Source: Eledone cirrhosa (Eukaryota). Taken from it: 64,000 nucleotides of DNA. The stretch is taken from NCBI GenBank assembly GCA_964016885.1, contig OZ024740.1, positions 682,001-746,000 of the forward strand, written 5' to 3'. The translations under genes and the position numbers were made by a program. Below the pieces are notes generated by a model. That model was given only the letters and a program-made list of their open reading frames with translations, made no database searches and was not told the origin of the DNA. Of the stretch, positions 1-12,291 are shown one piece after another (position 1 is the stretch's first letter; every line of letters starts with the position of its first letter).

Positions 1-243
1 GGGGGGGGGACTGATTCTGGCTTGATTTCTACAGCTGGATGCCCTTCCTAACACCAACCTCATTTACAGTGAGTGCTGGTTGCTTTTTTGCCGTGGCGCC
101 TCCACAACCATATGTATATATATATATATATATGTGTGTATCATCATCATCATCGCCCGGTTGCACTCAGGGCCACTTTTTATTAAGTTAATAAGTTGAG
201 GGGCGACGTGAAGGGAGTGGTTTGACAGAGCGGTTCAAAGATG

Positions 244-3200
244 TTATTGCAGGGCTTTTTTGTAGACAGCGTTCCTGGTGTTGCCCGGGTTACCACAAAT
301 GAAGAGATTGTGTGGCCTTCCGACGTGGGAGCATCCAACGTATAGTTGACCATGGGCAAATACCTGCTGTGTTAGGTTTAGGCCAACCACTTGCAGCGAT
401 TGTCCTTGTGCTTTGTTAATGCTCATTGCAAAGCAGAGTTTTATGGGAAACTGCCGTCGCGTAAATTCGTAGGGGACATCAGAGGAACTAAGGCTCATAG
501 GGGTAATTAACTTGGTCACGCCAGCAGCGGGTCTGCTCATAATGGTTGTCTCCAGAATTTGGGTCCTTATTTTTTTTATGATTAAACACGTTCCGTTGCA
601 TAGTTCTGGTGCATCCAGGTTTCTCAGCACACCAACCTTCAGCTTCAGATCATGAGGAGGTAGTTGACTGTTGAGGAATTCAATTGGGTAGATGACGGCG
701 TCGTTCACGTTTTTATTGGTGTCAATCGACTTGAAGGAGACTTCATTTCCGGGAATCTGATCGAGTAGTTTTTGGTTCATCACGTCAACAGTGGCATTGT
801 GTGGTGCCAAAATAGCTCTCCCTTTCAGCCAGGTGTGATCATGGAATCGTGATTCAAGGTCTGGAAATACAGATGACATTAATTCGTCAATGTTTGACAC
901 AAAGTTTCCAAAAGGCAAACGGATATGCTCTTCATCCACTCCAGGTGTAGTTCCATTACCAACTTCCAGTAGATGTTTTGAGAAATCAATGGAGTCTGCG
1001 TCACCATGCACATGCACTCTCATGTTGGTAGTCAGATGTAGTTTGTGGACATACTGCCATACATAGGACGACTTGATGCATGCATTCACTTCGTCAGCTC
1101 TAGTGCCTCTAGTAATAACAGGATGAGTCTGTCGGAATTCGCCAGCCAGCAGTACTGTCGCTCCACCCATGACGCGTGAGTTCCAACGCAAGTCCTTGAG
1201 AGTTCGATCCAGAGCCTCAAAGGCCGCCTTGTGACTCATGGTAGCCTCGTCCCATATGATAAGGCAGCACTCAGAAAGATGTGCTTTAGGGTCGTCACGA
1301 TCTATTCTACATGTAGGATTCTCCTTCTTTGCAATGTCCAAAGGTAATTTCAATGCGGAGTGTGCCGTACAACCGCCATGTAACAGTGTCGCCGCAATAC
1401 CACTGGAGGCGACCGCTAGATCAATCCGCTTGTCTTTTCTTAGCTTCGCAAGCAAAAGGTTGATGAGAAAAAGTTTTTACTGTTCCGCCAGGAGCATCTA
1501 GGAAAAATAGCCGTCCCTCATTTGAATTGACACTGGAGAGAATTTTGTCATATGCCTGTCTCTGGTCATGCAAAAGTCTGGGTTGGTCCTGAGCTACCTG
1601 ATGTGTCATATCGTCGATGTTGTAATTTAACTCATGCATGAACTCCACATCTAAAGCACTGTGAGTGTTTCAAGGTTGTGGCAAACCGAAATCAGATACA
1701 CCGCCAACTCCAAGAGCTTTAAGATGGTTGTCCATGTAGATGAGGCCCTCATTGTACACTGCGTCGTTGAAAGCAAAGCCAGCCACTGGATCTTCTGCTC
1801 GAAGTCTACGGAGGATGTCCTCTGACATGTCCTTATGCGTTTCCCAAAGTTTAAGGGGCTCACTTATGCCGCAGAACAATAGCATTATGCAAAACAGACA
1901 TCTCATTTCTCAAGGCATCTTACATTCAGAAGCCTCTGTCAACGCCACATTCAGGTGGGCATCATCCTCAAGTAGCCCGCGCTACACGCACGCATCCCTG
2001 TAACTGGAACAAATGTGGCCATCGAAAAGTCTTAGGTCGGCAAATGACTTGGGCTCTTTGATTTGATGCAGCAACATTTGCAGGAAAAAGCATTCTTGTT
2101 GCTTCGGATGAACATTGTACACGCGTCCGATGGCATTACTTCTGAAGACACCTACCCAATCCTCAACTTTTTCCCCTTGTCGCTGCGGATGCCATTTTTT
2201 GTTTGACCAAGTGAAGTAGGTACATCGATGTAAAAAAGGGTAACTGCAAACGTATCGACAGAACATAGCTTAAAAAATGCTGTAAGCATCGTCTCAGGTG
2301 GCTGTTCGGCAGCAGCCAATGCGGTTTCCTCAGTGAAATAAACGCATTGACCTTTCTCTAAGTGAACATCCAAGTTAACAACTGCTGGAGAGCACCGGTG
2401 AATTTCAAGCCCAAAAATGCGGCAAGCCGCCATATTGGACGAAATGTATCTTCCCATCATGAGCTGAGTAATTTCGTATTTTGATTCTACGCCATCACTG
2501 AGGCCAACCACCGCCATGTCACCGCCTTTGTTGATGTATTTACAGATGTATTTAATGCTTTTAACAGATGTGCAGGACTCCACATTGATGTGAGCATTAA
2601 AAATTTTAGCAAGCAAAGGGCTGTAAGGCACCACCCAGCTGTTGTCAATATCGTATTCTTTCCCTTTCTTCTTAATCCTAGCCGAAAGGCCGCCAAAATC
2701 GGGAGCACGCCGGCAGTAGATGGGGTAGCCGTCAACCCCAGTGAAGGCTCTGGGGTAGTGTTTGGTGCACTTGTTTCCCTCCATGCATGAATTTTGGCTG
2801 TTAAGGGCACCACAGGGTCCATCTATCATATTAGCCAGCACAATGTTGTAAAGCTGCAAATCAATTTGGGGATCAGGCAACTCTGCACATATAACGCGAT
2901 CAATGTCTGTAGGTCTGATTCGTTCTTTGCACCAAATAAGAATATGTGCTTCTGCCATTCCACAGTATACATCCAAGCATTGAGTTGTCCGTAGATGGCC
3001 TTATCTTTTAGCAAGCACATTAGTTTCTTCAACTTTCCGTGGAAGACTCTGGCTGTAATATCATGCCTGTCACCTGGCCCGTGAATAAATTCTACTTAAT
3101 CTCCACCCAATTAGGATTACATGTGAAGGTAATAAAAAGATCCTGCGACCCAAACTTACGGACATACGCCATGGCATCCTGTGTCCGTTTATGCATGTAC

Positions 3201-4935
3201 CCGCGGTGAGCCACTAAAGCTTGAAGGAAGGATCACCTGATACCCAACATTGGTTGCGTCACCGTTACGCTGCAAAGCATACTTAAGATGAGCGTATTGA
3301 ACCCCTCTTAGTTCTTTTTGATGGGTACGTATGTACAGAAGATGTTCCGCTTCAATCTTTGCGAACATATCAACCAAGAACTGGTTTGTCACCTCTTTAA
3401 ACCTAAGTAGTTGGTTGAATTGACCGTCTCTGATCATGAGTCGGTATGCATAAAACTCCATGCTGGAAACTTTCTTTGGTAAAGCAGCAAGACTTTTCGG
3501 ATCAATTGTCGGAATCTTGAAGTTGTAGCCATCCTCGCCGTAGGGAAAAAGAAGAGGGTACTGCAAGCAATCGTACAACCGATGGGTTTCTGCAACGAAC
3601 GTCAGTCTGTTATTGCGATGCTGAATGATGATGTCACGTGCACCATGATTTTCATCAAACATGATTGCTGCTACCTCGTTGGTAGTTGGAGCGTTGAAAC
3701 ATCCAGGATGCCCGCCCGCAGGTCGTCTGTCAACTCTGATGACCAATTTCATCTCATGTCTAGAGTCCAAAAGCTGCAAAGCACTCTTCAAGTCACGGAC
3801 GTACGGATGGGTTGCATGGAGCATAATTTGAAGTTCCGCAACAATGTTCCCGTCAACAGATGAATTGATCTTGCATCTTTGGGAAACTTCATCATTCCCG
3901 CCCATGAAGAATACCTGGAGGAATTTAGGCTCCTCGCATAGCTGTGAGTGAAGGCTTCCCATTAGGTGGTAACACTGACCTTGAATTTTGTAGGTGTAAA
4001 GTTTTTCTTTCTTTCTTCGTTGTCACAATTGCTGGCGACACCGGTGTTGTTGCTGTTGTTGTTGTTATTTTTGTTGTTTCTGCCATCCCTTACACCAAAT
4101 GATGTCATAGCGAAGCATGAATTGTGTCTCCAAATGCTTTTGCGAAACTTCACTCCGTGGTCAGAGTTACCAATGAGAAGATTTTGCAGCAAATCAGCAT
4201 GATCAGCCAGCGCCTGAAGTCGAACTTTTCCCCCGGAACAGCAAAGACCTAGAGCCTCACCGACCCACTTCTAAGCCCCACAGGACTGACATTCCTTATC
4301 CATTTTTCCAAGAGCCAAATCCGGGTTATTGGTGTAATCATCAGAAGGATTGTAGTTAAAGCCAGCTTTTAAGCAAAAGTGTCCCTTGAAGTAGCAGCAT
4401 TTTCTTGATGTTTACACGTTCTACCTGCCAGCCTTTCTTCCCTTGCCTCCGGAGTCTCGTTGAGACGTGAGTGTTGGCACTGATCGCGCTGGGCAGAAAG
4501 ACGGGCTTCCCTTGCCTCCGGAGTCTCCTCGAGGAGTGAGAGTTGGCGCTGATTGCGGTCAACAGCAAGATGGGCTTCCCTTGCCTCCGGAGTCTCCTCG
4601 AGGAGTGAGAGTTGGCGCTGATTGCGGTCAACAGCAAGATGGGCTTCCCTTGCCTCCGGAGTCTCCTCAAGGAGTGAGAGTTGGCGCTGATTGCGGTCAA
4701 CAGCAAGATGGGCTTCCCTTGCCTCCGGAGTCTCCTCGGGGAGTGAGAGTTGGCGCTGATTGCGGTCAACAGCAAGATGGGCTTCCCTTGCCTCCGGAGT
4801 CTCCTCAAGACGTGAGCGTTGGTCGCGAGTGCGCTGGGCAATAAGACGGGCCTCCCTTGCCTCCGGAGTCTCGTTGAGACGTGAGCGTTGGCGCTGAATG
4901 CACTGGTCAGTAAGACGGGCCTCCCTTGCATCCAA
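244..4935 (-). mobile_element. Decayed autonomous Helitron (Rep/PIF1-helicase ORF broken by stops and frameshifts)
   Basis: Minus-strand fragments in the expected order: 23-aa ETPEAREARL-type repeats (4369-4935); CQSC..CC zinc motif (~4220-4310); Rep with VEWQK / AHILIW (HUH region) and KYICKYINKG (Y2); helicase LDAPGG (Walker A), IIWDEATM, FAMSINKAQGQSL, HGQLYVG. Termini not clearly resolved. Confidence 0.93.
4440..4930 (-). repeat. 69-nt coding tandem repeat (~7 copies of a 23-aa STPR-like unit) at the Helitron N-terminus
   Basis: ORF 4369..4935 repeats ETPEAREAHLAVDRNQRQLSLLE (23 aa). Confidence 0.85.
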
Positions 4936-5302
4936 TGTCTCTTGGAGTTAAAAAAAAAACTGAATGCTTTAACTCGGCCACTACTGTTTTACAACTTTTC
5001 AAAACAGAAATAATATTTTTATGGAAGAAGCAAAATAACAAAGGATATCGATAAAAAACGTACCTGCGCACACACCTCCATTTTTCACAATTTAAGGGCT
5101 TTATTTCGTTTAGAAGAAAATACTGGTCGTTTTCGGTTAGGTATATCGTATAACAATACTATAGAAGCAGTGTAAAAGCTAAAAGGGGAAAAATTAATGT
5201 CCTTGTTTACGTATAATGAATTGGAAATGCTTCACTAAGAGATGGATATAAAAGCATTTTAGATTAAATAGTATAGGGAGGTGTGTAGGATACATACATA
5301 CA

Positions 5303-5908
5303 TGGTGGCTGCCAACTCGTTTTCAAGTACAGCCACTACTTTACATCCATGTAGGAGAACCCCTACCGATGCGTTGAACAAGTGTGACTTTTTAGTCCAG
5401 CCAGCGACTTGAAAACTCTTGTACAAACACTACACTTGTGACAATTATTGACACATAGTGCTGGGCCCATGGTACCATGTGACGACAAGTGCAGAGAGAT
5501 CTCCAGATATAAAGCAATGCCTGTGCCGTGAAGCTTTTATAGTGAGCAAAGGCACTGCACAAAGCCACTCCCACTCTCTTAACCAAGATGATATTTACCA
5601 AAAAGAACAAGTCAACATCATTGGATACCATCAGAGTTGTAGGTGTTATATCAGAGTTTTCCTTCTCCTAGAATTCTGCCTTGACAAAGGCTAAGGGGTC
5701 ATCTCTCCCGGTGATTTTGGATTGCCATTGACTCTTAAGAGCTCCTTTGCCCTTTGACAGGTTTTGTTTTAGTCCTGCAGGATGTCCAAAGTCACCCGCC
5801 TCACCAAGAAACCTTGGTGGGGTTGCCAGTTTAGTCGCCAACGACCCGACCATGAGACAGGTTGTACTGGGATACATGTTACCAGTAGCACCAACTGGTG
5901 ACCTGACA
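5303..5908 (-). mobile_element. Short non-autonomous RTE-like retroelement, copy 1 (5'UTR-like region fused to a zinc-finger 3' end)
   Basis: Near-identical to 6083-6721. Contains AGGAGAAGGAAAACTCTGA (RTE-like 5'UTR motif, from recall) and a degenerate C2H2-like tail; microsatellite flanks. Confidence 0.6.
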
Positions 5909-6040
5909 TACATACATGATGATGGCTGCCCCCTCGTTATCGAGTATGGCCATTGCACAAGAAAAAAAATATAAAATAAAATAAAATAAAATAAAATAAT
6001 AATAATAATAATAAATAAATTAAAAAAAAAAAAAAAAAAG

Positions 6041-6082
<42 letters not shown>

Positions 6083-6086
<4 letters not shown>

Positions 6087-6721
6087 TGGCTGCCAACTCG
6101 TTTTCGAGTACGGCCACTACTTTACATCCATGTAGGATAACCCCTACCGAAGCGCTGAACGAGTGTGACTTTTTAGTCCAGCCAGCGACTTGAAACCTCT
6201 GGTACAAACACTACACCTGTGACAATTATTGACACATAGTGCTAGGCCCATGGTAGGACAATTATTGACACATAGTGCTGGGCCCATGTGAGGACAAGTG
6301 CAGAGAGATCTCCAGATATAAAGCAATGCCTGTGCCGTGAAGCTTTTATAGTGAGCAAAGGCACTGCACAAAGCCAGTCCCACTCTCTTAACCAAGATGC
6401 TATTTACCAAAAAGAAGAACAAGTCAACATCATTGGATACCATCAGGGTTGCAGGTGTTATATCAGAGTTTTCCTTCTCCTAGAATTCTGCCTTGACTAA
6501 GGCTAAAGGGGTCATCTCTCCCGGTGATTTTGGATGGCCATTGACTCTTAAGAGCTCCTTTGCCCTTTGACAGGTTTTGTTTTTAGTCCTGCAGGATGTC
6601 CAAAGTCACCCTCCTCACCAAGAAACCTTGGTGGGGTTGCCAGTTTAGTCGCCAACGACCCGACCATGAGACAGGTTGTACTGGGATACATGTTACCAGT
6701 AGCACCAACTGGTGACCTGAC
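6083..6721 (-). mobile_element. Short non-autonomous RTE-like retroelement, copy 2
   Basis: Direct repeat of 5303-5908; minus frame ends CSVCTRGFKSLAGLKSH, like the C-terminal zinc finger of RTE ORFs. Confidence 0.6.
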
Positions 6722-6956
6722 ATATATATATATACATACATACATACATACATACATACATACATACATACACACATACATACACATACACTCACACATA
6801 TATACACACATACATTAATAACAATAATAATAATAATAATAATAGCAATAATAATAATGACAACAACAATAATAATATACATATTCATATATATATATAC
6901 ACACACACGCACGCATATAAGCATATCTACACACACACACACACACACGATAGCAA

Positions 6957-7615
6957 CTAACAGCGCTGTGATCGAATGTGGCTTTTTAGCCCAGCCAATG
7001 ATCTAAAATGTCTTGCACAGAGTCGGCAACCAAAACATTCACTGGGAATAGTCGGCTGTGGTTGGAGTTCGTGTACTTTTGCATGTCGCTTGAGCCCTCC
7101 TGCTGATTTACATTCTCTACCACATGTTTGGCAAGCATGATGAGTAACATCTCCAACAGCAGCCTGGTAGTCAACCACTGGTCTTACTTTATGACTGCGA
7201 AGATGACTTTCGAGTCCAGCTTTGCTTAGGCAGAGTCTCGCACAGACGCATGTCAGAACCATAGGAGGACCCTCGCCGTCTGGAAGTGCAACAGCAATGC
7301 CCTTCCTCACGTCCCACTTTACTTTCTCGTGTGCGATTCGTGCAATGCCTGTGTGTGACGAATATTTTTAAAGTGAGGAAAGACTGTGCACTGAGCCAAT
7401 CCCACTCTCTGAGCGACAGTAGCTATAACCCGAAAAGAAGAAAATATCAACATCATCGGTAACTACTGAGCCGCAGGTTTTATATCGGAGTTAACCCAGT
7501 TTCCTGAGATGCCTTCTCCTAGAAGAATACCCTGACAAGGGCTAGGGGTTCTTCACTCCCAGTGGTTTAACTGCGCGATCGGGCATCCAGCCCGATTATT
7601 TGTATGTCCCCGCGC
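6957..7615 (-). mobile_element. Related retroelement fragment encoding three C2H2-type zinc fingers
   Basis: ORF 6957..7310: CVCARLCLSKAGLESHLRSH, CQTCGRECKSAGGLKRHAKVH, CRLCARHFRSLAGLKSHIRS. The 7380-7560 segment resembles the 5'UTR-like part of 5303-5908. Confidence 0.55.
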
Positions 7616-7748
7616 AAAAAAAAAAAAAAAATCACTTATTGACACTTATACGTACGACATACACACACGCGCATACATATGCGCGCACACAGCAACACTC
7701 ATACATACAACAAACACACACACACACGCTACTCTACTCACTTACACG

Positions 7749-7785
<37 letters not shown>

Positions 7786-8686
7786 TACCGTCATTACTGA
7801 TACAAGATTACAAGATTATGTCAACTGTTGACTTTCAAGAGTTTGTATAGTTGAAGCCGATCGTATTACAGTCCAGTATTATTATAATTGCTTTACAGCA
7901 TAGAGTTATGGCTCTCCACGGAGTCAACAAAAGAGAGTACCAGTGATGCGCTGGGCCAGTTGGTGGATCCGTGCCAAAAGCAGAAAAATTATTATTAAAG
8001 TTGTTCTTAAGGCCAGGTCGCTGGTGATGGTGATGGCGGCAGCGGTGGTGGTGGCAGTTGATGTTGTTGTTGTGTTGTGTGTGTGTGTGTGTTTTGTTAT
8101 TTTGAGTTACATACATACATACATACACACGATGCTCAGCTTTATATAAGTATCGTGTGTATGTGTGTGTGTGCTATGCAAGTGACGACAGATCAAAGAT
8201 ATATAACACGTGACTGAACGTTAACTAAAGTTTGCTGGTCCCTCTCTGTCTCTCTCTCAGAGAGAGGGAAGAGCGACGGAGAGAGTAAAGCTAAGAAACT
8301 ATAGGGATGTAAAATCGATAGAAAAAGACCGTTTTGGGGCCCTAGAGACCACATTTTTCAATTTAGAGAACCCCGGCATTTCCTCGGCACCTTTTACATT
8401 AATGTGTAAATTTTCATGACAATCAGAGCATTGGTACTACCCTTTTGCCTGTATCCAGACACGACTCAGACAATTTTCGCCCATTTCACATCTAAACTAT
8501 AATAACGGAAGGTCTGTGGGACTGCGTATGGTTTTTTTTTTTATCCCGTTAGTAAAATAAGTTGGATTACTTTGAATAAATAATGAATGAATATTATATA
8601 ATTTATCTACTAAATTTCATAAACAAAAATAATTTCGTAAAAATAAATAATTTTAAATTGACTTCTTTTCAAAGTTGGACTTCCGG

Positions 8687-9190
8687 TATATCGTTGCCAC
8701 CACCACCACCCCTTCAACTACCATATATATAGAAGCAGAGAGTGTGTGATGTCAACACCTCCAGTATACCGTTGCCACCACCACTTCCACTACCATATAT
8801 ATAGAAGCAGAGAGTGTGTGATGTCAACACCTCCAGTATACCGTTGCCACCACCACTTCCACTACCATATATATAGAAGGAGAGAGTGTGTGATGTCAAC
8901 ACCTCCAGTATATCGTTGCCACCACCACTTCCACTACCATATATATAGAAGGAGAGAGTGTGTGATGTCAACACCTCCAGTATATCGTTGCCACCACCAC
9001 TTCCACTACCATATATATAGAAGCAGAGAGTGTGTGATGTCAACACCTCCAGTATATCGTTGCCACCACCACTTCCACTACCATATATATAGAAGGAGAG
9101 AGTGTGTGATGTCAACACCTCCAGTATATCGTTGCCACCACCACTTCCACTACCATATATATAGAAAGAGAGAGTGTGTGATGTCAACAC
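8687..9190. repeat. 72-nt minisatellite, ~7 copies
   Basis: Unit TATATCGTTGCCACCACCACTTCCACTACCATATATATAGAAGGAGAGAGTGTGTGATGTCAACACCTCCAG; explains the repetitive ORFs 8714..9190 and 8746..9207. Confidence 0.95.
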
Positions 9191-9483
9191 TTCCGGCGAT
9201 CACTTAAATAAAAATACTAATTTTCTGTCACTAATTTTCTCCTAATGCAGTTTATATTTAATATCGTCTTTTTTAATGTATCATGGATTACGTTACTGAT
9301 TACATAAGACAGTGTAACAACGTCTTCGTTCAATTTCTGTTTATATTGTCAATTACGATTTTATTTGATGTATCATATCTACATGTATATATACATGCGC
9401 ATAATATCAATATACACACTACACATGCTAGCAGTAAACCACCAAAAGGGTGGTTTTCTGCTAGTTTATATAATATATAATAT

Positions 9484-9740
9484 GATGTGTTGTTTCCTTG
9501 AGCGAGACACTTTATTTCACATTGCTCCAGTTTACTCAGCTGTAGAAATAAGATGATAGGGACTGAGGTCCATATCATTCCACTGTAAAGTGGTCGTGCA
9601 GGTACCATGGCAAAAAAGCACCCAGCACTCACTGTAAATGAGGTTGGTGTTAGGAAGGGCATCCAGCTGTAGAAATCAAGCCAGAATCAGTTCCCGTCCC
9701 ACTCTTGCAAGCAGGGAAAAAGCGGACGTAAAATGAAATG
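9484..9740 (+). mobile_element. 5'-truncated SINE (same family as 11091-11425)
   Basis: Aligns by eye to 11170-11425; 3' tail GCAGGGAAAAAGCGGACGTAAAATG shared with RTE LINE ends. Confidence 0.8.
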
Positions 9741-9947
9741 ATATATATATATATATCATCATCATCATCACTGTTTTACGTCCATTCTTCCACGCTAGCA
9801 TGGGTTAGACAGGTTGTCCTGTTGTGAGCAGTGTCCGGTCGGCTGACCTTGTCTTGCTCAAGGAAACAACACATCACCCGGTCTGAGAATTGAACTCACA
9901 ACCTTTCGATTGCAAGCATAATGCTCTAACCACTAAGCCATGTGCCT

Positions 9948-10017
<70 letters not shown>

Positions 10018-10094
10018 ATATCGGTATTTTTTCTAAACTTCCTCTCTTTCGCCTCTCTCTCTCATACACACACACACATATATTTATATATATA

Positions 10095-10968
10095 CAGTCG
10101 AGTCCGCTTAAGAGTATACCCTCGGGAATGGAAAATAGTATACTCTTAACCGAACTATACTCTTATCCGGACTAAGTAAAAAATATTCCATAGTATTATT
10201 ATTTTGAGTCTTTCAATGATTAATAATCACTTTATTATCGTTTAAAATGCATTTATAAGTGAAAAAATGAAAGTTACACCAAAAAATTCAACAAGAATTA
10301 TTGCAAATTATAGATAAATTAAGCAATATTTCAACATATTGGTATGCAATTTTTATTTCCTAAAAATAGTCCAAAATGCTATTTTGCACTCGATTGCTCT
10401 TAATTTTTTTTTCAATCAATTCCTTCGATCTCAGACGGAGTATAATTTTCAAAATTTTCAAACAATTGCATCATATAGGACCGTACAGTGAACAAAGTAT
10501 TCCTTCCAGAGATCTAAAATATTGATAAATGATTAAAGTTATGTTAGGTACCTATGCACATTCATATTATAAATATAAAAATAATACATACTAACCTTTG
10601 AGTAATGGATAAAGCAGAGCGTTTCAAAGACATTTTTATGACGCAATGAATTATTATTTTTGTATTTGCATATATTAAACTTTAAATTGCTTTTAGAATG
10701 GTTGTATAAATGACATCATCGCATTTCATTTTGAATTGTTTTAAAATGGTTATGTTACATTATAAGCCCAATTTACTTTACCGTATTCATTATAGTCTTA
10801 TTCAGACTAAATTATATAGAAAATATATAAACGGGAATTGATTATGCTATACTCTTAAGCGGAATGTACTCTTATCCGATATACTCTTAAGTCGACCCAT
10901 GCACTGTACAAAACATAGTACATAAATTCGGGAATTGATTATGCTATACTCTTAAGCGGACTCAACTG
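10095..10968. mobile_element. Tc1/mariner-pogo-type MITE
   Basis: TIRs CAGTCGAGTCCGCTTAAGAGTATA / TATACTCTTAAGCGGACTCAACTG, TA on both sides, subterminal TACTCTTA repeats, AT-rich non-coding interior. Confidence 0.88.
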
Positions 10969-11051
10969 TATATATATATATATGTGTGTGTGTGTGTATA
11001 TGAGAGAGAGAGGCGGAAGAGAGGAAGTTTAGAAATGATTTGGAAATAATA

Positions 11052-11090
<39 letters not shown>

Positions 11091-11092
<2 letters not shown>

Positions 11093-11424
11093 AGGCACAT
11101 GGCTTAATGGTTAGAGCATTGGCCTTGCAATCGACGAAAAGTTGTGAGTTCAATTCTCAGACCGGCTCATGTGTTGTTTCCTTCAGCAAGACACTTTATT
11201 TCACATTGCTCCAGTTTACTCAGCTGTAGAAATGAGATGATAGGGACTGGGGTCCCTATCATTCCACTGCAAAGTGATAGTGGAGGTGCCACGGCAAAAA
11301 AGCACCCAGCACTCACTGTAAATGAGGTTGGTGTTAGGAAGGGCATCCAGCTGTAGAAATCAAGCCAGAATCAGTTCCCGTCCCACCCTTGCAAGTAGGG
11401 AAAAAGCGGACATAAAATGGAATG

Positions 11425-11425
<1 letters not shown>
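11091..11425 (+). mobile_element. tRNA-derived SINE with RTE-shared 3' tail (another full copy on - at ~51545-51863, many fragments elsewhere)
   Basis: A-box-like TGGCTTAATGG and B-box-like GAGTTCAATTC; tail matches the 3' end of the RTE at ~17730-17765. Confidence 0.85.
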
Positions 11426-11468
<43 letters not shown>

Positions 11469-11574
11469 TGGCGACCTGAATAGACCTGTTTTTTCTCAAA
11501 GAAGTTTATTTTTTTGTTTCTGCCACTGTTCACTCTACCATATCTTTCTATTTCTTCTTTAATTTCTCATTCTA

Positions 11575-11610
11575 TTTTCTGATGACGGACTAGTGTCTGA
11601 AACGTTAAGA
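11575..11610 (+). ncRNA. Minimal type I hammerhead ribozyme motif (PLE-type)
   Basis: TTTT-CTGATGA-c-GGAC tagt GTCT-GAAA-CG-TT|AAGA; palindromic ACGT stem III; homologous copy on - at 57355-57390. Confidence 0.65.
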
Positions 11611-11814
11611 CTCTTTTCATACTGTATCAAGCTTCAATCTAATATATTTCTTCATTGTACTGTGTCATTTGTTTTGTTTTTTTCTGTTTGCCTTTTGCAT
11701 ACATATATATATATAAAATACAAGTGTATATAAAGGCATATATGGTATACTTGTGTGTAATAAACATATAAATCTCGCAGTGAATGTCTTAAGCCGTCTC
11801 AGTAGCCTTGTGAG

Positions 11815-11865
11815 AATGCTAGACACTCGTGTTTCTGGATTTTTTAATCCATCATCAGTAACATT
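11815..11865 (-). ncRNA. Type I hammerhead ribozyme with intact core
   Basis: Minus strand AATGTTA-CTGATGA-TGGATT aaaa AATCCA-GAAA-CAC ga GTG-TC|TAGCATT: 7-bp stem I, 6-bp stem II, stem III, GUC site (cut between 11822 and 11821). Confidence 0.85.
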
Positions 11866-12025
11866 GCAAAGCTAATAATACCCAGCTGCTGCAGATAGTA
11901 TTCATTTCCAGTTGACAGAATTGTAGCAACATGAAATGACATGCCTTGCTCAAAGTCACAATACATCAATCAGCCAGTCTGGGTGTCAAATCAATGACTT
12001 TATAGTCATCAGCCCATCACCGTAA

Positions 12026-12244
<219 letters not shown>

Positions 12245-12291
12245 TAAAAAGGAGGAAGGGCTTTAAGACCAGTGGGTAGGAGGGAGGCAGT

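Noticed and set aside
244-1455. Cellular PIF1 helicase gene
   Set aside because: Intronless, frameshifted and collinear with Helitron Rep motifs.
6957-7310. Host C2H2 zinc-finger transcription factor gene
   Set aside because: No TGEKP linkers or exon structure; it resembles an RTE C-terminus and shares a UTR-like segment with neighbouring repeats.
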